From Lytechinus pictus (Eukaryota), in the NCBI RefSeq assembly GCF_037042905.1, contig NC_087245.1, forward strand, positions 12,712,001 through 12,776,000: DNA of 64,000 nucleotides. Reading direction: 5' to 3'. How positions within the stretch are numbered: position 1 is the stretch's first letter; every line of letters starts with the position of its first letter. The position numbers were made by a program, and so were the translations under genes. Under the pieces are notes generated by a model. The model had not been told where the DNA came from. It made no database searches and saw only the letters and a program-made list of their open reading frames with translations. Positions 25,340-37,900 of the stretch are shown here, one piece after another.

Positions 25340-26055
25340 TAGTTAACAAGGAAAGTCCACCATGAGGACTAGTTTATTTTGATAAAAGGAGAGAAACACA
25401 AGTAACGAAAACATGACACTCAGAAGTCTATCAAAGAATGGCAAAGTTATGGATTTCTAAAGGTTGTTTATGTCTTATATGAGCAGCTCTGCTATATACT
25501 ATCTTGTATAAAAGCTTCATAAAGTCACATTTTTTCCAGGAAATTATTTTACATCAGCATTCAATCAGTACTTCATGGAGTACATGCTTCTGTGAGCACA
25601 AACGAAACAGTGTTATCAGGAATCATTCAAAAATGGCATTTTATGAAATCACATATTTGGGAGTTGCTCCCACATGACTTGTAATCAAACTTTCAATAAT
25701 CTGATGAAGTATGAGCTAGTTATGACATTTCTTTAATTTTGCTTGTTTTCATAAAACATGATATATGCAAATGAGAGAGCTGGTGATGTCATTCACTATT
25801 TTATTTCATTAAATATCATTTTTCATTGCTTTGGTGATGAATGAGTTTTCCGCTTATTTACAATATGTTAAGGATAAAAATATTTCAAATAATAATAGTG
25901 AGTAAAGGACATCATTAGCTCCCCCATTCCCATATTCCTTATGATATCAATGTTTGGTGAAAATGAAATAAAAATTCAAAACTTTTTATTTTAAATCTGT
26001 GCTTGTTTGTTTTTTCTCTCTTTATCTAGTACAACTTTTTGTTGGGATGGACTAG
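25340..26055. mobile_element. Degenerate Kolobok-like MITE remnant between the two convergent 3' ends
   Basis: Decayed AAGTCCACC / GGATGGACT ends. Internal motifs (gcaaagttatg, gatgtcattcac) are shared with the 46434 and 47378 elements. Confidence 0.4.
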
Positions 26056-26209
26056 ACCAATTGGGCAATGGGCTGTTATGAACATAGTGGGACAGTTGCT
26101 GTTCAATATTTATATGGGCCTATTGAAAATGTTTTATCATGTCTTGAATGAACAAACATTTACACTGCAGTTCAAAATGAACACTCAAAAGTCTATTTAC
26201 CTTGTTTTC

Positions 26210-26215
26210 TTTATT
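26210..26215 (-). promoter_or_regulatory. Candidate polyadenylation signal (AATAAA) for EFHB
   Basis: tttatt on the + strand about 2 kb beyond the EFHB stop, at the edge of a repeat-poor stretch. Use is not demonstrated. Confidence 0.35.
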
Positions 26216-28169
26216 GCATATCATACACTGATATATTCATATTTTATAATACATTATATATACAAAATATACATATTCATATTTGACTGTTGTAACACGG
26301 CTCTCTACTGGGGAGTGAATACACATGATGACAGATTTTGTAGAATAGCAAACACTGAAAGATTACACATCTGGAAAACAAGAGAGGCACTGTATAATGA
26401 TCCTGGATGGAATAATGTTGCATAAAATCAATGTTGTGAGTTTAATGTACTTGCAAGAGATAATCAAGACACTGCATGAGTTTATATTACACAAGAAGGA
26501 AAGAACTCTGTATTGTCTCTGCAAAAATAATGGAAATTACTTGAAGCAACTTCAACCCTAGTTGAATCTTATCATATAAATCCTTAAACAAAGTGAGTCC
26601 ATACTAGTCACAAGACATAGTATTCACATGAAATAAGAATAAACTGATCAATTTAATTCTGCACGTACAAGCAAAATTATGCTGCTACATTTGAATCATA
26701 ATAAATTAATATCAGTGCAAACAATTGAAACAGACTGCATTGAAACTGAAAGGCCATTTACAAGTCCTGTAGGTACGTCAAGATCAAAAGAAAACCTGCA
26801 CACTATCTTCTTGCTGATTATCGTGAGTAGGTAATGTATGTAATGGAAGATAGAAGATTGAAATAAGTACAGAAATTTACATGACTAGATTATCAATATT
26901 TTAAATTTGCATAGATTGAAATATCGGTGATATTCGGTGGATTAGTTTGAATACTATCAAGGCACACACAATAGATGAATAGTTTATGATCAATGACACA
27001 AATGAGTGTGGACGGATTATACTTCATAAACAACTTGACAAAGGCAGCTTGTTCTAGTACATATTGGAATGATTCAGACTTAAATATTTAAATAATGAAT
27101 TTAGAAATCCCTATACATTGTGTCCTGACATCAATGCAAGTGATATAACTTATTGAAGCAAAGTGTAAACAGAATATCTGATAAATGATTTACTTGTATA
27201 GGCACCAAGTCAATTTATATATTCAAACATGGCTAGATCTGCACCAATGGATAAATAAATACACATAGGTTTGTAAACAGTAGTAGGGTGAAAATACTGC
27301 AGAACACTTATAACAGTGCATAGAATGGTGGAATTAGAAAATTGCTTTTCAAAATCTAATTCTACAAGCACGTCTGCTTAATCAAGGCACATACATGTAG
27401 TAGTTCACTATTAGAAATAATGAAGTATACTGGAAGAAATAGTGGAAATAATGATCATCATTCAGCAGGTTGGTATTCTTTGCAAGTCCAAATATATGAT
27501 ATATATCACTAATAACTAATTTCTTCAAAGTTTCCTTTCTTACTATGTGAACCCCACTTAATAATCAAGATTGTATGATACAAATTGATAAATGAAATAT
27601 TGATGATAAAAAAGATGGGTGGAGTGGTGTGCACTTGCATAGATTAAGTACAATTAATCATGAAGAAGACTGGTTTGTACATGTGTATATCACATAGAGC
27701 ATTGTAATGTGTACATAATAATCAAATGTACAAATCTAATTCAGGTGAATAATTCCTAGCTAAAGATGATTTATATTTTATTCCATCAATTTCTTTATAT
27801 TTGAGTCTGGAGAGCTCAAATGACATGAGAATTATTGTAAAATTTTATCTTCCCCACATGACAAACATCCATCTGTAGTAAATAAATCTCCTTTCCCCAA
27901 AAAATATATGCTAAAATGTTGATGTCCTCATGAAATTTGAATCTTGGCAAATGATATTGACTTGAAATGGAGTGATGCACAGACCAAATAATTTGGTCAT
28001 TGGTTCAGCACTTGAAGAATGGACCGAGTTCATATCAATATGAAAGATTCTGCAGTATTCTTTCTCATCTTTGCCATATTTGTGGTAGTTTAAGTTTGTG
28101 ACATCCATCACTTATATTTTTCCTCATGACCATTAAATGAGTTCTGAAGTGGCTAGATGTGAAGGTGGC

Positions 28170-28361
28170 TTAAACCAATTCTGGTCTTCCTAGCGTCTGA
28201 GCTTCATCAGCTAGTTGCAAGGCTTGGACCTCATCTAAGACATTCCTAAAGCTTTCCACACTGACCTGACCTCCATCACTCCTTGTAGATGCTACCATCC
28301 AGAGCTTTTGGAATGTCTCTGGATCCATCTCAACACCGATGTTGGAAAAAATTCCTTTGAT
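28170..28361 (-). CDS. EFHB: EFHB terminal coding exon 9
   Basis: aacag acceptor, IKGIFSNIG...[12 protein letters not shown]...PELV then TAA. Confidence 0.9.
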   Translation of the reverse strand: MKGIFSNIGVEMDPETFQKLWMVASTRSDGGQVSVESFRNVLDEVQALQLADEAQTLGRPELV

Positions 28362-31300
28362 CTGTTTGGACAGTTAAAAAATGTCAAAAACAGAATACTT
28401 AGTGAAGAACTTCTCTTATTTCCCTACTAAAAATCAACATAGTTTGATGGTAGTATAACAACACAAAACCTGCAGACACGATGAGATTAAAAGTAGATTA
28501 ATTCTGAACACATAAAACAATCAGGCAAGTGTTACAACTTACAAGTAACTCTGTAAAGTTTCTAGTGTTTGTGCCAAACCAGTAAACATAGCTATGACTG
28601 AAGAATTCATGATACATAACCTTTGAAATTAAACAACATGCATGTATGCATTAACACTTTCAAACATGATCTGCCATTAAATTTGTGAAAGTGACATATA
28701 TATGAAGCATGAAGATAAGTGTTTACTGGAATGAAAGTACACATTTTTGCCAGCTTTTGTCAGAGGTCAAAGAAAATCACATTTGGACTTTGAGATACCG
28801 GTAATGTTACACTCTAGGAAATAACTTTGATTTCCATTTGACTCTCTACATTAAAGTACTAGTGAAGCCATAACACAGTGAAACATAAGTAGTTGTAAGA
28901 ACCTATACAAGATCATAATTAGCAACCACTTCTTGATATTTCAGTAAGGGTTTAGGACATCCAGGTAAAAATCTAAAGATTCCAGAAGTAATGAGATGAC
29001 TTCCTTTTATTGTGTGTATTACATTTATGAGTTACTTACTTGTTCCGGTTCTCTTGGCTGGAAAAAGTCCTTCTCATAGATACCCTTATTACTGTACATA
29101 GATGGATTGATAAGACCATATGCATCAGATTCGTCACCATAATTCTTTGTGTCACTGATTCGTTTTGTTCTTGGAGCTGCAATATCGCTTCGGACGGTTG
29201 GTACACCATAAGTTCTGTAACCTTTTTAATAGAAAGGAAAAAAAATATAAAGCTAATTTCAAACTTCTTCTACAGTATTAGTTAACTTATTTCTTAAGAC
29301 ATACAATGCAGTGCTATGACTTTCTCCAGGTTTGATCATGCCTTACCAGCCAGAATACAGTGTTCCATTAATAGATAGATTTTGGGAACTTGAACAACTA
29401 AAAAAAAAACATGGATTTTCATGTTTCATACAGCTTCAATATCTTATCTATATTGAGAGTAATAACAATCGGAAACAGGTTTAGCATGTTAAACTTCTTC
29501 ACTTTCCTCATCCGAAATGACCAATTCCTCATGCAATGGAGGCCACAATGTCATGCACTACTTTGCAATATTGACAAGTCACATCATGATCGACAAGGAA
29601 AAGTCAAGACAGAGTGCCTTTTTGAGACTGATAAGAATACAAAAGATCACAAGGGTTATCAGTGAGCGTACCTTTCGTGGAGACTCCACCGACCACAGCA
29701 TTGATCATCTGAGCAGATGTTCTATGACCACCAATGGCTTGGTCTATCTGCTTCTTCATTCTTTCAGGTGTTCCTTCCTTTGTTCCCTCTGCTTCATCTT
29801 TCACAGCAGCAGATGCAGGGTTGGTTAGTCTCTCTCCTTCGTTCATCTTGTCCTTCCAGTTGAGGAAGTTTGCAAATTCGTTGTAATCGATGCAGCCGTC
29901 TGAGTTGGCATCGCAGTAGAGAATGAGCTGCTCCAAGAGCTCTGGTTCAATGGGAAGACTGAACTGATCACAGCAGAGCCGTAACTCATTGATGTCTACC
30001 TTGCCGTCACCATTCTGGTCAAGGATGAATGGGTAAATAAGAATGACAAACTTCAATCAAACAAGATAATAGATCTTGTTTGCATTACATAACATTTCAC
30101 ACAAGTGCAATATGCTACTTGTTGGTGGATCCATGAATTGAGTATAACTTTAATTCGATGTTCCAAATTCTCATATTCATTATTGTGAGTCCTTGATTAC
30201 AAGGCGATGGTTTTTGTTTTACCCTATATATCAGGTCACCTCTCTGGTATTCTACAAGTCATATACAGACTGTGAGATACAATTAAATGCTGAAACTGAA
30301 ACAAACTCAGATAAATTAGCAACTGAGATAAGAATAAATCTGTATCTGATCTTACTCATTCATTGATGGAAAGGAAAAGAGGATGGGGAGGAGGAAGGGG
30401 GGTAGGAAAGCAAAAACATTTTCTTAAACCAATCGTACCTTGTCATAATGATTAAATGCAGCCTGCAGGTTGTTAAAATTGTGATAGTTGGCTTTCTTAA
30501 GCTGTTGTCTGATGGCGGCTACAAGTCCCCTTTCTCTGTCTTTCCCCCTGAGATAACTACCAGGGTACCTTCCATGCATAAGATCCCCTGCTCCATATTC
30601 ATCCGGTTTGATCAGGATACCAAAGGAGTGGTCAGGAGGAACTGTCAGGGTATCTTTGATGGGGTCATGGACCTGTCCAAGCTGAGGCTGGGTACGCTCC
30701 CTGAAGTCATCAACGCGTTTGGATACGATCTTGGTGCCTTTATCCCTGTATGATGATCAAAGTTGTAAATGGTTACAAACTTTGATTGTAACAAAATAAG
30801 CTAATCTAAATTGATCATTAAACCTAAAAGGACTGGGGGAGGGGGGGTGGGGCATGATGGCCCCCTCAACGCTTCGCGCGATATTTCCGAAACGCAAAAA
30901 GATAGAGCTGCAAAATTTCAGGACTTTTTTCTTTGAAGTATCGCACAACTTTTGAGACCAAATTTGCAATGTACAGGTATAGTGTCGCAACGCCACGTGA
31001 CTTTTTATGAGACAATGAGACACTTTCATACTTTGTGTACAAAGTCTATGGGAGATTAAATTCATAAAATGATTTTTCATTCCAATTGTTCTGCTTAATT
31101 AATTTAGGCTTTGAATTTATTTGTTAAATGGTCTGCAATAGTTTCCATTGAAAAAAAAAACAATGAAAAAACAAAGAAATACATAAGAAGTTTTATAAAT
31201 GAAGAAGTACAGAAGGACAAATTTGGCTCTACAAAGATGACATCTGTGAAAAAAATTAAAATTTGAAGTGAAATTGGGTGTTAAATGTGCAAGTAATGTT

Positions 31301-34300
31301 TTTCATAAATAAATTTGCATATTTTATTCAGAATAAATAAAAAAAAAATATTTTGAACGGTGGCCGAGATTAGAAGGGGAGGCCATTATGCCCCCCCTTC
31401 CTGTCCTCAATACATCTCAAATTGCCCAGTCCTTTTAGGGTTACTATGCACATACTTTAGTTTAAAAATTCAAGTTCATTGATTAACATTGAAAATATCA
31501 TGCATAGTACAGTCAACAAGTTAGTCACTCATCACATTTTCTTTCGTCATACCCAGGGGCAGATCCAGCTTTCATCAATTGGAGCGGCCAGAAAACTATT
31601 TTCATTACACTTTCCCCGTTGCGGCTGCCAAAATCCAATTTTTTTTTTTAGGGGTTAGTCCTGTCTAAATTATCATTCTTAGAAACAATATAGTATCTTC
31701 TTTCATTTTCACGAAATAAATATTACAATGAATGTTATCAAAATAGTGGCGACCAGACATAGGTTCTTTCCATAGTTAGTTGTTCCTACTTTAATTTCTC
31801 TGAAGATATATGTTTAGGGTTGTGATAGGGTTTGGGTTCGGAATGGTATAAAGATTAGTATCAGCTTAGCATCAGATTTGAGGTGAAGTTTATATTTTGC
31901 TTTGTATGTAGCTCTTATGTATATATATATGATCAATTATTGCTAGGCCAATGTCATGGACTCATAATCACTATTCTTTATTTATGGAACATCATTGTTC
32001 TAGAACTTACAACTGATCATTTCGCAGCCATTTCAAAGTTTGAGAGACGTTCTTGCCATCATTATCGTGTGGAGTGGGTATGCCAAATAATCCATCTTTT
32101 GGGTACTGTGACCAGTCATAATCCCTGTCAACCGGCTCTCCAACATGAAAGTTATGATGTGTTTTCCTGTAGAGGTCACGACCTTCTTCACTCTCAACAT
32201 AAACTTGCTGGTATGTCTTCGCTGGGCTCACAAGCTCTCCAGCCGAACAATCTAATAGTAACAACAAGATTACTTCATTAAATATCCATAAAAGAGAGAA
32301 ACAACAATATCCTGTAAGATCCTATTTCAATTGAGGTTGCATGTTACACCAACAACATGAACACCTTCATTAGATCACCCCCCCCCCATTTCAGCTGAGC
32401 TGAATGCCATTGACATTAAACAAAATAACAAGACTTAATTATCAAAATCAAATGCCATTCCATTGATGGAAACAGCTAATTTCTAGGTATACTTATGCTA
32501 GCTAATATTAAAACAAGAGTATTTCAACAGCTATTTGCAAATAATTATCTAAATCTCATCATTTCAGAAAAGTAAATCTTAGTGATTTCATAAATAAAAA
32601 TAAAATGGTGAAACTTCAAAAAAAGAATTAACCAGTGAGAGTGTAGAAACCGAACTCAATGTTTAATTTGCTTGATTAGATGAATTTAAACATGACAAAT
32701 GTAAGAACTACATAGTACATACAAACCAAGGTATGTATGTCTATTCCTTTGTGACTAAGTAAATATACTAATTTCGTCTGATAAAAAAGTTTGATAATTG
32801 TGTATTCATTTACCGAAGATATTTGGAGTGCCAAATGTTTTCTCAAGAGGGTTCATGTCCTTGGGAAGGCCAGGTCTCTGATCATGAGATGAGCCAAGAG
32901 GTGCTTTCTGTTTACTGGCATACTGAGATTCTTTCTTGTCAGCAAGCCGCTGCTCAAAAAGCGTCTTTGGATTGGGGCTGACAACTTCTCCAGCCTGAGA
33001 AAAAAAAAATATAAACACAATTATAGATTTAAGACCATAATAATACTCAGTAGTATGTATCAAAGGCTATCTAGAAAAGAACAATACAGAAAAAAAAATC
33101 TCACTATTTAACAAATAAAGTTGTTAAAGAAAAAGATGAAATAGGTGAAATGAAATTCTTTAGAGCACCCCCATAAATGTGAGGTGTACAAGATGGTGGT
33201 ATACACACGTAACTATCAAGTATGGCAACAAGCCCCTATGGGTCTACCAAATATTCCTTTCACATACCTTTAATGAACCTGTTGTAATAACACCATGAGA
33301 TACAGTAGAGGCAACGTCAGGGTCATCTGCTTTCCCATAGAAAACTCTCCTGACTTGGGGCTCAGGTCGTGTTGTGTTGCGGAATTTCTTAACAAGTGGT
33401 GGAGTAAGAACCTACAGAAGTAAAAAAGAATGTGTTTATATCTATTAAAATGGCAGTCAACATGTGACTGTTGTAGGCCATGGTTTTTCGCTGCAGTCAG
33501 CAAAAGCATTGTCCATTGCAGTCCATAGTGATGTGCAGTCTCTCCTTCAACAAATAGCGCATGCTATGGTGGTTCCCATTGCAGAAAACATTATATACAT
33601 CACCATTTGCAGACATCAACCAATGTACATGAGGCTACATGTAGCTTTGGGGAAATAAGGAGCACCAAAACTGTAAACAGACAAACTCTGTGTCTTTTGC
33701 TTGGAGTACAAAGCCAGAGATGGTGGCACAGTCAAAGCCTATGGACTTGTTCTTGACTGGATTAGAATAATTAGACCCATATCAAATTTGGGGTTCTCAG
33801 GTGCCTGAATTTGCAAGGTTACCCGGACACAGAAATACCTAAAATAAAAAATCTTAGACCATTGTGAATGTGATAAAATGATTGATGTTAGTATATTCAA
33901 ATCCCATAAACACTTGCCTGAGTTACATGTACCCGAGACATAGGGCTCAATACTTACTATCACTTTTTATTCAGATTCATCATATCTAGCGAAGCAAGGG
34001 CCCTCTCTCTAATACAGGAAAACCAGAGGGCCAAAACTCATCCTCAAACTTTAAAAAGAAATAATTATTCTATTGGACTATGAGGTCTAAAATGGTCTCC
34101 CCAAGAATTACACAAGGGACATTTTCCTGTTAGAAATAGCCCTGTAAATTCGAAGGTCATGAATAGACCACTTAATTTTGAAAATTTTACCAGAACTTAG
34201 GGTCTTCAACCTAAATAGATTCTTTCAGAGTACTGTTGCTTGAACCTGATGTACCCATATTATAATAGAGATTTTTGTTTTTATTGTTTTACAGGACAAA

Positions 34301-34895
34301 TTTGTTATTATGCCAAACCGCCATTAAATCCACCAGACCAAGTAATTATTTGGTCAATTTTCTTGTTTCTATTGTTGAAATTCACTATTGTGTGGTCTAA
34401 TTTTAATGGAATAAAAGCTCATGTTATCATGTTATCAACCTCTGCCAATATGACAGTGTTAGGTTCAGAAATATGTTTATGGTAGGTTATAAACCCAGGA
34501 TTGAAATCAGTCATTTTGATTAGTGTGTGGAATTTATAGTGGAGCAAAATTAACGCTGGAGCAAATGACATGGAATCAATAATATACAGTTGCTGTTTTT
34601 ACCTGAATGGCTTGTTTGTCCAGACAAGATGGCAGTTTCAGGAACTTTGTGAGCAATATTTCATGAATTGATTGAAAGTAATGTGAGAAAATATCACAAT
34701 GCATAGATTTTCACAATTATTTCTACTATTTGATACATTTAGGGTCTATATCTAGAAAACCACAATCCAAAAAATGATGATTATATCTATTTAACCGTCT
34801 GGACATTGGACTCCCATCCTAGATGTACTTACCCTTGGAATATTCATACAATCTCTTGTTGTCTCTCCTTCCATTGTTATGAGTTTTCCTGCCTG

Positions 34896-34929
<34 letters not shown>

Positions 34930-34947
34930 ATACTGTATTGTCTAGAT

Positions 34948-34984
<37 letters not shown>

Positions 34985-37900
34985 GCACTCGACCAAAAAA
35001 GTAGTGGGTATATGCCGCGGGCGAGACAAAAAACGGGGGCCTTGGAGCGGGCTTATTGTTAAAAGGAGGGTCCTCGGAACGGGCTTCGGAACGACAAATG
35101 TTTGTGAAAACGGGGGTCCTTGGAACGGGTCGCCTGCGTGTGATTGCGTATTCATCCCTATGGAACGGCATACGTGCATGCAGCTAGCCCGGCGACACGC
35201 GCGCCGGGCGCTAGCGCAGATGCCATGGTCGGACAGCGCTCTGCGGCCGCTTTTCACCAAAATTGCGGCTCATTGTAGCAGATGAATACGGCTGGAACGT
35301 CGTAACGGAAATTATGCGAAGGTTTGGAGCGGATTTCTTTCTTCTTTTTTCTTGATAAGAAGAAAATGCGATGCTTTGTTCTTTTTCTCAATAAGACAAA
35401 GATGCTATGCCTTGGAACGGAAATTTGAGTGTAAAAATGGGGGTCCCCTCCGCGGCACATACCCACTATGCATTATATACTGAGTGCCCCCCCCCCCCCC
35501 GGTCTAGATACACTAATGCTGGATTACAAATATCACATAAATACTTAAAACATATGCATTAAAAACTTTGCTAAACTTAGGTCTAGCCTCTATTTACTTA
35601 GTTTTATTGACATGAAATAGAATAATAGTTTAGCAATAGGATATAGAATCTACCATGAAAATCTACTCGACACATATGGGGGCGGGGGACAGGAGGAATT
35701 GGGGAGCAAAATTCATTCACTAACAAGAGATATCACCTCGCAAGGCACTTGTTTGTATCAATTGCACAGGACAAGGAATAACTGCATTAAAAAATTACAG
35801 GGGTGTGAGAGTAAGATCGAAAAAAAAAACTCTGAATAAATCTGACATAAAGTGTGTGCGAAGTACACACCACGAGCCCAAAGTCCCAATTGGCTGGGGT
35901 CCAGGGCCCACCTTAGGCCCTGGAAGCTATTAAGGTTCTAGATGCTCTCTGGTGCAAGTAGGCTTATTTTGGAAAACATTTCTTACAATTTAGAATGGTT
36001 AACTTGATTTGGAGGATATTAAAAACAAATACAGAACTGTTTTGTACCTTGATACCTGAGCCTGAGGTTTCAAGTTTGAAGAAATCTGACTTTTTTGGCA
36101 GCTCTAATGCTAATGTTAGAGTAGACCGATAAAGCATTTTTAGGAACTGCTGCAACCATGAGAAAGTTTAGCCTTTTACTTAGTTTTAGGATGCCATCTA
36201 TCTTGGCTTTTGTCATGAAAAGCATTTTTGCAGTATCAATGGGCAGATACCGTACTCGGCTGGACAATCCAAACACAGCATGTTTTTTTTTTTACAAATG
36301 AATTCAATTGGTTCATGGTTGGCCGTAGACCGATAAATAGGTCTATTTCTGTCACTTTATAGGAATATGATCCGCTGAGACTTCGTCTGGCTCCACAGTA
36401 TCCACTTCATCAATAGACCGATGACAGCCATTGGGCTCATAATGGTGGAGGTTCAACCAACGCTTAACTTCAGCGTCTATTGAGAAAGGGTGAGCTAGCG
36501 CATCCACTTCGATTACCGTGTAATTCCAACTTTTGATGGGAAAAAGGGACACAATAATATAGGGGTCTAGAGAAAATAATAGTGCATATAATCAGCCTAC
36601 CACCTTTTCGAAATCTAAGCTGGAAATACTGAATTTTTATGACTAACATAACATTCAGGATCAGATTCTTCTTTGATTGTTAGCCGCCATGTTTGTAATA
36701 TCCTACAGCTGAGCGTACAGATGTGCCAGCCAATCACATTCGTGTTATGGTAGTGTGACCTTAATTCGAGCGTTACGGTATACCCAGTTGTTGTGTGTCC
36801 AGACAGGTTGTGTGTCCGGACGATCAACTTTAGAAAGTCATTTGGAAAAATTCACAATCATTTCAAAGTTTTAGCAATTTTTAGTACAAAATGTAAGGAA
36901 ATATTATAGAGAACAAAATAGAAGATGACTACAAATATTGAATTCATATTCTAAGTGTAATCCAAAGACAAAAAAGAAGGCTTCAAATATATAAAGTGTC
37001 TGGACACCCGACCCCCCATCCTACCTAATTTTGTGCAGTCGAATATCTCAATATCTAATTAATATCTTGAAAAGCTGATATCACCAACAGAAAGAGCGAC
37101 TTAAAAGTACTCAGAATGGTGATTTTCTTGAAGGAAAGGTCTCTATTTGTGAAAATATTGGCAAAACATCAGCAAATTTTGTTAACTTTTGCATCCGCTC
37201 AGAGAAAATCCAATCTTCTCGACCAGCATCAAGAAATCGCCAGTTTGCAAGCAGAGGTCTCCAAATAAGTAAAATGTGATACCAACCGAATTTATGACAT
37301 TTTAACCTCCATCTGATATAATCATCTTACCTTTGTCTGCTCGATTTCTTTTCTAAAGCCTTGCAAAAACGATCGTGTGCAAATTTATTTTAAGGTCACA
37401 CATTTTTATGACACTTTTTCAGCCAAGCGCGCACTAGTCGATAGCCATGGAATTTTGAGATCGCGATACCAGCAAAAACCCTTGACCTACAGTACTTTAT
37501 AATTCAGTCAAATGAATTTGACCTTGGGATCTTGCCTTTCGTATGGTATTTATCATTTTGATTAATTTTGTTAGAGCTGTGAGAATTTTTTTATTGAAAA
37601 TTAACTTCATGATAATTTTCAAAATGTGCACAAATAATGGTCACCCCATCATACAATTTTCCGTTTTCTGAACTGACAAAGGTAACAAAATTTGCCAATG
37701 TTTTGGCAATATTTCCACATACTGAGACCTTACCTTCAAGAAAATTATTAGGTTGCTTTTTCCTGTTGGTGATATCAACCGTGTGCAAAATTAGGTAGGA
37801 TGGGGGGGTCGGGTGTCCGGACAGTTTATCTTTTTGAAGCCTTCTTTTTTTGTCTTTGGATTACACTAAAAATATGAATTCAATACTTGTAATCCTCTTC

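Noticed and set aside
34791..35285. ORFs with poly-P/G/K/F runs
   Set aside because: Translations of homopolymer runs and the MITE. Only 34833-34892 is a real exon.
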